NCBI GenBank assembly: GCA_046290225.1
Contig: JBKAGE010000075.1
Location: 270,367-334,366 of the forward strand
Direction: 5' to 3'
Source: Bradymonadia bacterium
GTDB taxonomy: Bacteria > Myxococcota_A > Bradymonadia > UBA7976 > UBA1532
DNA length: 64,000 nucleotides
In this document: positions 50,401 through 57,947 of the stretch, in pieces
Numbering within the stretch: the first letter of the stretch is position 1
Layout: each line of letters opens with the position of its first letter
Made by a program: the position numbers and the translations under genes
The notes under the pieces: model-generated
What the model saw: only the letters and a program-made list of their open reading frames with translations
What the model was told of the DNA's origin: nothing
The model's database searches: none

Positions 50401-53400
50401 CCTGCTCATCGTCACCACCGAGCCCGAGACCCGCACCCACCTGCGCCTGCAGCTGGGTCAGGCCTACGAGGACATGCTCGTCGACTCCGAGCAGGCCTTC
50501 GCCGCCTACGCCGAAGCCTTCAAGGAGGCCCCCACTGAGCCCCAGGTCCTCGCGGCCCTGGAGCGCGTGGCCCGGAACACCGGCAGCTGGGACGCCCTGG
50601 TGCAGCTCGTCGAGAGCCAGCTCCCGGAGATCCCCGATCAGGAGGTCGTGCGCGATCTGTGCCTGCGGGTGGCTCGCATCTTCGAGGAAGAGCTCGCCAG
50701 CAACGTGGATGCCATCGAGCGGTATCGCACCGCCCTCGAGGTAGACCCCGAGTACGAGACCACCATCCTGGCCCTCGATCGCCTTTACCAGAAAGAGGGC
50801 ATGTGGGCCGATCTCGCCGAGATCCTGCAACTCGAGATCGATCGCGCCGAGGAGCCGGAGCGGGTGCCCCTGTTCTTGCGCCTCGGGGTGCTCTTCGAGT
50901 CCGCCCTCGACGATGTCACCTCTGCCATCGAGAGCTACCGGGCGGTGCTCACCGTCGAGGAGCACCACCCCGAAGCCGTCGAGTCTCTGGAGCGCCTCTT
51001 CGAGGCGGGTCAGCAGCAGATGGCCATCGGGGAGGTCCTCGAGCCGCTATACCTCGAGAAGGAGAACTGGACCCGGCTGCACTACCTGCTCGAGACCCTG
51101 CTGGCCTACCAGCACGAGGGTGAAGACACGATGCGGGCGATGCACCGCCTCGCCGAGCTGGCTCAGGATCGCCTCGAAGACGTCAACCGCGCCTTCGACT
51201 GGTACGGCCGCGCCTTCAAGGAGGTCCCCGAAGACGAGCACACCCGCGCTGAGCTGGCTCGTCTCGCCGAGGAGACCGGCCGCTACATCGATCTGGTGGC
51301 GGTGTACACCGACGGCCTGCAGAAGACCGACGACATCGAGCTGCTGCGATCGGTGAGCCACGAGATGGCTGCGATCCAGCGCGACAAGCTGGAGAACGCC
51401 GAGGCTGCGGAGCACATGTTCCGCTACATCCTCGAGCTGGACGAAGGCGACATGGGCGCCCTGCAGGGTCTCGACGCCCTCTACGACGGCCAGGCCCGCT
51501 GGGCTGATCTCGTGGAGATCATGCAGCGCGAGATCACCCACACCTACGATCACGAGGAGCTGCTGGCCCTCATGTTCCGTCTGGGTCAGGTGCTCGAGAA
51601 CCGCATTGGCGACATCGACCTTGCCGCCGACCAGTACCGCACCGTGCTCGATCAGGATGCGCTCCACCCCGGCGCCATCGAGCGTCTCGAGGCCATCTAC
51701 AGCGCTCAGGGCCAGCACGAGGCCCTCTTCGAGATCCTCGCCCGCAAGGTGGACATTCTGGACACCGACGCCGGCAAGGCAGCGAACGCCGCCCACATGG
51801 CTTCGCTGGCGTCCGACCACCTCGAGCGCCCCGAGGATGCCATCGACCTCTGGAACCAGGTCCTCGACCTGAGCCAGGATGACGTGGCGGCTCTCAAGGC
51901 CCTGGAGTTGCTCTACAGCGCCCAGATGCGCTGGCGGGAGCTGGTGGATGTGTGCGAGCGCCAGGTGAGCCTGGTGGAGAACGATCCCGTCCGGGAGATC
52001 GAGCTGTACGCCCGCCTCGGTGAGGTCTGGGGCGAGCACCTCGAGCGTGAGCGCAACGCCCTGGAGAACTGGCAGCGCGTCCTCGACCGCGACGCCACCC
52101 ACGAGGGGGCGCTGTGGGCCATGCGTGGCCTCTACGAGCGCACCGCGGAGTGGCCGCAGCTCGCACAGACCGTGCAGAGCCTGCTCGACGTGCTCACCCA
52201 CGAAGACGAGCGCCGCGTCGAGCTGTACCGCCAGCTCGGCCGCCTCTACCAGGAGAGCCTCGAGCTGCCCGTGGAGGCTGTGGGGGCCTGGAACCAGGTC
52301 CTCGCCGCTCAGGAGTACGACGCCGAGGCCATCGATGCCCTCGAGGCCCTCTACACCGAGGCCGAGGAGTGGCAGAGCTGTGTCTACATCCTGGAGCGTA
52401 AGGCCCAGATCACCGAGGACAGCTTCGAGCGGGTGAACATCCTGTTCCAGACCGCGGAGATGTGGGAGCAGAAGGTCGGTGAGACCGACGGCGCCCTCAC
52501 CGCCTACACCCAGATCCTCGAGCTGCAGCCCGACAACTTCGACGCCTACCAGGCCTTGGAGCGCCTCTACGAGGCCAACATGCAGTGGGAAGAGCTGGTG
52601 GGCTTGCTGCTCAACCGCCTCGACCACACCACGGACGCCTTCGAGCGCGTGGAACTCTTCGAGCGCACCTCGAAGGTGTGCGAGGAGCGCCTGGACAGCA
52701 ACGAGAACGCCTTCCTGGTGCTGAGCAACGGCTTCCAGGAGAGCCGTGACGACGAGCGCTTCGGCGCCGAGCTCGAGCGCCTCGCCGCTGTGGAGGGCAA
52801 GTGGAACGAGCTCATCACCCTCTACGAGACGGTGATCCAGGAGATGGGGTCTGATCCGCTCACGGTGCCGCTGCATCTGCGGGTGGCCCGCTGGTACGAC
52901 GAGCACCTCCAGACCCCTGAGCACGCTGCGACCCACTACCAGCACGTGCTGGCCCTCGAGCCCGAGAACCTGCCCGCCATCGACGCGCTGCAGAGCTTGT
53001 TGGAGCGGTACGAGAAGTGGCCTGAGGTGGTGAGCGTGCTCCAGCGACGCGTGGAGCTCTCCATCGATCCCGACGAGCGCAAGGCCGCTTTGGAGAAGAT
53101 GGCGGGGATCCTGGAGCGCCACCTCGATCAGCCCGACGAGGCCATCGAGGCCTACCAGCAGGTCCTGCAGATCGACGACGCCGATCTCGAGGTGCTGCGC
53201 AGCCTGGAGCGTCTGTACGCGATCCGGCAGCGGTGGAACGAGCTGGTGGGCGTGCTCACTCAGCAGGCCATGGTCCTCGAGGAGCAGGAGACCATCGTCG
53301 AGAACTACCTGCGCATCGGTGAGTTGTACGAGACCCGCCTCGGCGACGCCGGCCAGGCCATCGAGGCCTACCGTCAGGCCCTCGGCGCCGACGAGCGCTG

Positions 53401-56400
53401 CTTCGACGCCATGCAGGCCCTCGAGAAGCTCTACACCGTGCACGATCAGTGGCCCGAGCTGCTCGACATCTACGAGATGATGCTCACCGTGCGCTCCGAA
53501 GCCGAGCACCAGCTCAACATCTTCGGGCGCATGGCCACCATCCAGGAGGACAGCCTCAACGATCCGTACGGGGCCATCGACATCTACCGCAAGATGCTCA
53601 TGGTCGATCCGGCCCACGCGCCGGCCCTGCGGGCCCTCGATCGGCTCTACCGGGCTCAGGAGCGCTGGGACGATCTCGCGGACACCTACGCCACCTACTT
53701 GCAGTCGGTGGAAGACGGCAACACCCGCATCGAGATCTCCACGGCGCTGGCGGGCCTCTATCAGGGCCCCATCAACGACGCCTACCGGGCCATCGATACC
53801 CTGGTGCCGATCCTGGAGATCGACCCGCAGCATCAGCCCACGCTCGCAGCCCTCGGTGAGCTCTACACGCAGACCGAGGATTGGGAGAAGGCCATCGACG
53901 CCCTGTCGAGAGAGGCGCACCTGCTCTCCGATCGGCAGCAGATCCTCGACCGTCAGTTCCGGGTGGGCCAGGCCTACCAGGAGAAGCTCGGCGATCTCGA
54001 CGAAGCCACCCGGTGGTACCGCAGCGCCCTGGAGCACGATCCCAGCTATGTGCCGGCTCTCAAGGCCCTCAAGGACATTCACTCCAGCAAGGGTGAGTGG
54101 ACCGAGGTGGTCCGGGTGCTCAAGATGGTGGAGGCCGCCACCCGGCACTTCCCCGAGAAGAGCGCCGCCCTCTACGAGATCGGCCAGATCTACGGTGATC
54201 ACCTCGGTGAGCCCAACACCGCCGTCGATTTCTATGAGCAGGCGATGGATCTGCACCCCGGCAACGTCGAGGCTGCCCGGCCGCTCTTGCAGGTCTACCT
54301 GCAGGACGACCGCTGGGAGCGGGCAGAGCCGCTGCTCGACCTGTTGGTGGAGAACCACGGCGATCGCGATCTGCGGGAGCTGCAAGACCTGGAGTACCGG
54401 CTCGGCCACGTGGCGCAGCAGCTGCACAAAGACGAGAAGGCCCTCACGCACTACCGCAAGGCGTACGAGCTCGACAGCACGCACCTGCCCACGCTGCAGG
54501 GCATGGCCTCGCTCATGTATGCTCACGAGGAGTTCGATCAGGCCTTCAAGGCGTACCAGACGATCCTGGTGCACCACCGTGATCGCCTGAGCGAGACCGA
54601 CATCGCCGGCATCTTCGCCCGTCAGGGTGGCATCAAGCTGCGCCTCGGCGAGCGTCGGAAGGCCCTCGACTTCTTCCACAAGGCCCTCGACCTGCAGCCC
54701 GAGAGCCAGGAGATCCTCGAGGCCATCATCGACCTGCACGAGAAGCAGGGGCAGTGGCCCGAGGTCATCGCCTACCGGCGTCAGATGCAGCCGCTGCTCG
54801 AGGAGCGGGCCCAGTACGAGTCGGTGGTGAAGATCGCCGACATCTACCGCGGCAAGCTCAACCGCCCCGACAAGGCTGTCGAGGCCTACCAGGAGGCCCT
54901 GTCGCTGCAGCCCACCAGCAAGGTGGTGCTCGGCAAGCTGCTCGATCTCTACGAGCAGAACAAGCAGTGGTCCGAGGCCGTGGGCATCCTGACTCAGCTC
55001 GCTGAGATGGAGACCGACACCAAGCGTCAGGCGAAGTACTACTACGCCATCGCGGTGATTCAGCGGGACGAGCTCAAGGATCACTTCGTCGCCGTGCGCA
55101 CCTTCGACAAGGCCCTCGACGCTGATCCGTCGTTGCTCAAGGCCTTCGCCGCCATCGACCAGATCCTCACCCGGGATCGCGAGTACGAGCGGCAGGACCG
55201 CTACTACCGGAAGATGCTCAAGCGGGCCATGGAGCACCGCCTGGACGACAAGCTGGTGGTGAACCTCGCCAAGAACCTCGGTGAGATCAACCGCACCCGC
55301 TTGCGGAAGTACTCAGAGGCAGCCAAGGCCTACAAGATCGCCCTCACGCGGGATCCGAACGACACCGACTGTCACGTCATCCTCGCCGAGCTCTACGAGC
55401 TCTCCGGCGAGAAGGAGAAGGCCGTCGAGGAGCAGTACAAGCTCATCGATCTCGACCCGACGAAGCCCGAGCCGTACCAGCACCTGCGCAAGCTGTTCTA
55501 CGACATGGGTCGGTTCGACGAAGCGTGGTGCATCTGCCAGGTGCTCACCTACCTCGGTCGGGCGAACGAGAGCGAGAAGGAGTTCTACAACCGGTACCGG
55601 TCGAAGACTCTGACCCAGGCGCGCAAGTCCATGGAGGCTGAGCACTGGAACATGATCTATCACCCCGATGAGAGCCGGCGTCTCGCCGAGTCTCTCGCCC
55701 TGCTCTACCGGTTCACGGTCCCCATGATCGCCCGGAACCACAAGCAGGTGGGGGTGAACAAGCGCAAGGACCAGATCAACCTGCAGGAGCAGACCCCCTT
55801 CAACCAGGTGCTCAACTATGTGCAGCAGATCGTGCGTCTGCCGCCCATCGAGGTGTGGAAGGCGCCTCAGGGCACCAACGGCATCTGGAACTCGTGGATG
55901 CAGCCTTCGAGTATCCTCGTGGGCCCCGACATCCTCAGCGGGCGCACCTTGCAGGAGCTGGCCTTCATCAACGCCCGGCAGCTGTTCCTGATGAGTGGTC
56001 ACCATTACCTGGCGAGCATGGAGCATACCTACGAGCGTCGTAAGACCATGCTCATGACCATCATCTACACGGCGACGAAGCTGGTGAAGCCCGGCTTTGG
56101 CGGCACGGTGGACGACAACCTGCTCGAGGGTTACCGCCGCACCATCGCCGGTGGTGATCTGGTGCAGCTGGACAAGCTCATCACCGAGATGAGCCAGAAC
56201 CCTGATCGGCACCTGAACCTGTCGCTCTGGCTCGAGGCCGTCGACCACTCCGCCAGCCGCCTGGGTCTGCTCATGTGCAACGACCTCGGCGCTGCGGTGA
56301 AGTCGATCCGCAACGATGCCATGCAGTTCAGCAAGGCCACCTTGCAAGATCGGGTGAAGAACCTCGTGCGCTTCGCCGTGAGCGAGGACTACTTCAAGCT

Positions 56401-56437
56401 GCGCAAGAGCCTCGGCTTCGCCATCGGCCGCGTGTGA
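44444..56437 (+). CDS. gltI: Giant (~4000 aa) cytoplasmic TPR/alpha-solenoid protein, GltI/AgmK-like
   Basis: No signal peptide; dozens of AL-x-AL-x2-LY-x5-W-x2-L repeats; size and position in the glt cluster. Confidence 0.78.
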   Translation: MNERTRELFETVSADPRNTEAYEELEQLLNEAEAWPSLVDVFTHRAQHQESPEQASGFFLKAALIAEERLGEADQAVELFAASLEGDADGVTTMGRMRRLLAQGDNWEGWLEVAELEAERTEDPAAQAELLFEMGDVLETRLEDPERAMICYQAAFKAHQGCLKAIQAAEAIYVRYEEWALAAQLMTLELEHTEDGARQIELCRTLARIYQDKLEAAEQAADAVSLLLELAPDDEEGLERAAALRVALGLDEAEPDAEAAAEDTPAEEESTEEESTEEEPAAEEPAAEAAVEAEAEEAEEAPAEEAPADELAAEAEAPAEEAAPVAEEAPAAEEPAAEEPVAEEPAEEAPAAAPVMLESLPEDVADVLAELKARADDADGEESLRLGIQAVALVAERAAGHEALADLYVEAAAAAPEDTTLYTQVGKSLEAPEPILKALVEKMEARAAALGGPEGAAMKAHRVLIGAAHLGEGRTADFKLREIAKKDSDGPGVQAFTLQRLLETGKWRNIQQLLIQQIGGDPNSARKLALRQMAELAEAHAPDKAGDFWRQVFMADKSDRQARQALLKIYKADEKWTQYADVLKLEVADIPDEELEEKLGALNELIGLYTTHIKQDATVVQLYGQILDLDPANVEALDALVQKYEAMRRWPDLVGTLQKKVAITEDGEARIALNLQIAKLYLEKFRNQAEAISTYEAVLEEDPANREAIEALTGMYAKRRDWDKLVEVQKQLAELEEDPEARAEKYKEIAVHATKNIRKPAICLELWEQVRTIVPEDVDALRALVSLYEQDKQFEQMVSVGELLVGQLGDDPKEIKEKTDLLQKMGIALQDRMGDKALAVPVWQQLLAVDPKHRRAGDSLKKALVELGDWDALSEFFMSHGSPEELVRILEGQVGMQQDDAVRIDLLFRAATVWRDTIGQPDRAVRALERVLQIDPHHLDGAQALEPVYTEKSDHRKLAGILEVLLEHEQDPEVRRDLMMRSASIQEQHLRNPEGAFEWVRQAIAEHPGHTEVRGELERLGAVTGQWATVQDDLQIALDHVVDGEARLSILLSLGQILDEHMGLYGDALSRYQDALDIEPESRVALDAIEDIYTRQSSWPELLEVVERKLALTEELDARKGLLRKQGLIYEEQLEDAASAIERHRMILEEDEADAEALAALNRLYEAGGDYEDLHEIVGRQLTLTLEAMGGASADGYAEGDEEVAEEAEAAAAPDLEALSAERVALKVKLGQLELEHLGRTADAVEHFRDIIREHPDHEAARVALEGLLDDMEFRAEAARILEPIYQDEAQWDALVNVLEIQLDETVDGSRRFSFLERIGALHVERTADPDRAFNAYARAFREDPASGMVIDRLAELAEASQRFADLAALIEEVLPDVEDTEVIHRLLGRAADVYENHLADANQAIDAHRRILELKDDDFRSVEALERLFTSTEMWPELLAVLRVKLELIDHPDAKEALRFQIASLLEEQLADPEEAINTYVVILEGSPENAEALSALDRLYGTLESWPELAEILARRLALVAEDEDHTAANGLRVRLADLNERHLGEMHVAIETYRTVLDIDAADAEAIGALERLIEDPDLAHEVANILEPIYTESDAWQKLIGVYEIQREHAEEEPRQVSLLHNIATLQMERGADAPAAFSTYARALAVEPGNEVTLSALHSIAEAMEMWSDLTGVYEQEVYQIAEPTVATQMHVRLAEVYRDHLADLDGARRHYEAAYQNEDADLSIIESLEDIYFQSEQWEALVTVLHRKVELTEAPEGKKELLFRISALFEEMIEDQERAVETFRTVLEVDPEDARALDALERIFLAMQRWEDLMVVLHRKAELTEDVETRKGIYYVIGSAFDQELSDLHRAVETYQKVLEWDDGDVTSLQALDNLYQRLEQWEELKTVIARQVELVADEEERLSLKFRIGQLHEVHLEQVPGAIEVYREILGEMPGHEPALQALEGLVRDDREAARATEVLEPLFKEAGAWERLIGVWGNLLIVTTEPETRTHLRLQLGQAYEDMLVDSEQAFAAYAEAFKEAPTEPQVLAALERVARNTGSWDALVQLVESQLPEIPDQEVVRDLCLRVARIFEEELASNVDAIERYRTALEVDPEYETTILALDRLYQKEGMWADLAEILQLEIDRAEEPERVPLFLRLGVLFESALDDVTSAIESYRAVLTVEEHHPEAVESLERLFEAGQQQMAIGEVLEPLYLEKENWTRLHYLLETLLAYQHEGEDTMRAMHRLAELAQDRLEDVNRAFDWYGRAFKEVPEDEHTRAELARLAEETGRYIDLVAVYTDGLQKTDDIELLRSVSHEMAAIQRDKLENAEAAEHMFRYILELDEGDMGALQGLDALYDGQARWADLVEIMQREITHTYDHEELLALMFRLGQVLENRIGDIDLAADQYRTVLDQDALHPGAIERLEAIYSAQGQHEALFEILARKVDILDTDAGKAANAAHMASLASDHLERPEDAIDLWNQVLDLSQDDVAALKALELLYSAQMRWRELVDVCERQVSLVENDPVREIELYARLGEVWGEHLERERNALENWQRVLDRDATHEGALWAMRGLYERTAEWPQLAQTVQSLLDVLTHEDERRVELYRQLGRLYQESLELPVEAVGAWNQVLAAQEYDAEAIDALEALYTEAEEWQSCVYILERKAQITEDSFERVNILFQTAEMWEQKVGETDGALTAYTQILELQPDNFDAYQALERLYEANMQWEELVGLLLNRLDHTTDAFERVELFERTSKVCEERLDSNENAFLVLSNGFQESRDDERFGAELERLAAVEGKWNELITLYETVIQEMGSDPLTVPLHLRVARWYDEHLQTPEHAATHYQHVLALEPENLPAIDALQSLLERYEKWPEVVSVLQRRVELSIDPDERKAALEKMAGILERHLDQPDEAIEAYQQVLQIDDADLEVLRSLERLYAIRQRWNELVGVLTQQAMVLEEQETIVENYLRIGELYETRLGDAGQAIEAYRQALGADERCFDAMQALEKLYTVHDQWPELLDIYEMMLTVRSEAEHQLNIFGRMATIQEDSLNDPYGAIDIYRKMLMVDPAHAPALRALDRLYRAQERWDDLADTYATYLQSVEDGNTRIEISTALAGLYQGPINDAYRAIDTLVPILEIDPQHQPTLAALGELYTQTEDWEKAIDALSREAHLLSDRQQILDRQFRVGQAYQEKLGDLDEATRWYRSALEHDPSYVPALKALKDIHSSKGEWTEVVRVLKMVEAATRHFPEKSAALYEIGQIYGDHLGEPNTAVDFYEQAMDLHPGNVEAARPLLQVYLQDDRWERAEPLLDLLVENHGDRDLRELQDLEYRLGHVAQQLHKDEKALTHYRKAYELDSTHLPTLQGMASLMYAHEEFDQAFKAYQTILVHHRDRLSETDIAGIFARQGGIKLRLGERRKALDFFHKALDLQPESQEILEAIIDLHEKQGQWPEVIAYRRQMQPLLEERAQYESVVKIADIYRGKLNRPDKAVEAYQEALSLQPTSKVVLGKLLDLYEQNKQWSEAVGILTQLAEMETDTKRQAKYYYAIAVIQRDELKDHFVAVRTFDKALDADPSLLKAFAAIDQILTRDREYERQDRYYRKMLKRAMEHRLDDKLVVNLAKNLGEINRTRLRKYSEAAKAYKIALTRDPNDTDCHVILAELYELSGEKEKAVEEQYKLIDLDPTKPEPYQHLRKLFYDMGRFDEAWCICQVLTYLGRANESEKEFYNRYRSKTLTQARKSMEAEHWNMIYHPDESRRLAESLALLYRFTVPMIARNHKQVGVNKRKDQINLQEQTPFNQVLNYVQQIVRLPPIEVWKAPQGTNGIWNSWMQPSSILVGPDILSGRTLQELAFINARQLFLMSGHHYLASMEHTYERRKTMLMTIIYTATKLVKPGFGGTVDDNLLEGYRRTIAGGDLVQLDKLITEMSQNPDRHLNLSLWLEAVDHSASRLGLLMCNDLGAAVKSIRNDAMQFSKATLQDRVKNLVRFAVSEDYFKLRKSLGFAIGRV
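45194..45505 (+). repeat. Acidic low-complexity (E/A/P) coding repeat inside gltI
   Basis: EEESTEEESTEEEPAAEEPAAE...EEPAAEEPVAEEPAEE. Confidence 0.85.
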
Positions 56438-57285
56438 GCAACCCCACCCAGCGCGAGGGCGCCCTACACGTCGTAGCGGTGCCCATCGGCAACCTCGAGG
56501 ACATCACCCTTCGGGCCTTGAGGTTGCTCAAATCTGCTGATCGCATCGCCTGTGAAGACACCCGCCGCACCGGGAAGCTCCTGGAGCTGCTCGGGGTGGC
56601 GCGGCCGCCTTTGATGGCGGTGCACGATCACAACGAAGCTGAGCGGGCCCCAGCCATCATCCGCGCCCTGGAAGCAGGGGAGCAGGTGGTGCTGGTGAGC
56701 GACGCCGGTACGCCTGGGGTGAGTGATCCCGGCTATCGGGTCATCAAGGCGGTCATCGAGGCAGGCCACCGGGTGATCCCCATCCCTGGGCCCAGCGCCG
56801 CCATTACGGCCCTGTGTGCTTCGGGCTTGCCCACCGATGTCTTTCGGTTCGTGGGGTTCTTGTCGAGCAAGTCCACCGCCCGTCGACGGGCCATGGAGGC
56901 CCTCGCCGGTGCTGAGGAGACCCTCATCTTCTATGTGGGCCCACACCATCTGCAGGCGTTTCTCAAAGACGCAGCGCAGTGCTTTGGCGCCGATCGTCCT
57001 GGGGTCATTGCCCGAGAGCTGACCAAACAGTACGAGACCTTCAAGCGCGGTGGACTACAGGCCCTCGCCGACGAGCCCGGCGTGATGCGGGGTGAGGTGG
57101 TGATCCTCATCGGCGGTGCCCCTGAAGAGGGGCCCGCGGACGAGGCCACCCTCGAAGCTGCGGTGAGGGCCTTGCTCTCCGAGGGCTACCCCACGAGCAA
57201 GGCGGCGAAGATGGCGGCGAAGCGCACTGGCGTGACGCGTGACGAAGCCTATCGCATGGCCATGAAGATTCGCTCGGAAGAATAG
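56434..57285 (+). CDS. rsmI: 16S rRNA (cytidine1402-2'-O)-methyltransferase
   Basis: PIGNLEDIT, CEDTR, VSDAGTPGVSDPG, PIPGPSA, ARELTK; GTGA overlap with gltI. Confidence 0.96.
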   Translation: MSNPTQREGALHVVAVPIGNLEDITLRALRLLKSADRIACEDTRRTGKLLELLGVARPPLMAVHDHNEAERAPAIIRALEAGEQVVLVSDAGTPGVSDPGYRVIKAVIEAGHRVIPIPGPSAAITALCASGLPTDVFRFVGFLSSKSTARRRAMEALAGAEETLIFYVGPHHLQAFLKDAAQCFGADRPGVIARELTKQYETFKRGGLQALADEPGVMRGEVVILIGGAPEEGPADEATLEAAVRALLSEGYPTSKAAKMAAKRTGVTRDEAYRMAMKIRSEE

Positions 57286-57338
57286 ACCAGAGTCCATTCG
57301 TCCACGAGTACGCGGATGATGTGCCGACGGTGACTCTC

Positions 57339-57947
57339 TCACTCTGAGGGCGACTCACCTTCAGGGGGCTCGGGGCTCAAGGTGACATAGCGAGCAAAAA
57401 GCACCTCACCGACGAACCACACCGCCATCATGATGTACTGCAGTGGACCCGAGACGAAGAGCCAGGTCTCCCGGCTCTCACCGGCGGACCACCACACCGC
57501 CACACCATGGAGCAGGAGCAAGATCGCCAGCCGCCAGGTCATCCCCGCGAGGACCTGTTGGCGCTCGGGATCTTTCTCCAGACTCGCGTCGGTGCGTTTG
57601 GCGAGCTCTACGAGCAGGGGCATCTTGCGCCACACCGTGAGCAGGAGCAGGACGGCAAAGATGACGTCACCCAGGGCAGGGCTGTAGAGCACGAAGCGCT
57701 CGTCCCCGCTGATGAGAGAGACCGAGCCGAGGCCCACCACGAGGCCTCCCGTGAGCCAGACGAAGCGATCGACCTTGCCGTATCGCCACTTATGCCACGC
57801 GACCTCGCCGAGGGTGAGCACGATGGCGGCGATGATGCCCGCTGTGGGCCCGAGCTGATCATCGATGATGTAGAAGACAACCAGGGGCAGGAACGCCATG
57901 AGGATGGTGCCGCCGCCGGGTTTCTGTTGAGTCTCCGTGGCGCTCAA
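57339..57947 (-). CDS. IspZ/YciB-like inner membrane protein
   Basis: FLPLVVF, LVVGLG-x-VSL-x3-DERF-x4-P; about 5 TMs; TTG overlaps the upstream stop. Confidence 0.7.
   Translation of the reverse strand: MSATETQQKPGGGTILMAFLPLVVFYIIDDQLGPTAGIIAAIVLTLGEVAWHKWRYGKVDRFVWLTGGLVVGLGSVSLISGDERFVLYSPALGDVIFAVLLLLTVWRKMPLLVELAKRTDASLEKDPERQQVLAGMTWRLAILLLLHGVAVWWSAGESRETWLFVSGPLQYIMMAVWFVGEVLFARYVTLSPEPPEGESPSE

Noticed and set aside
44117..55237. Very long minus-strand ORFs (44117-48670, 48707-50968, 51047-55237)
   Set aside because: Antisense shadows of the high-GC3 gltI-like gene; no recognisable motifs
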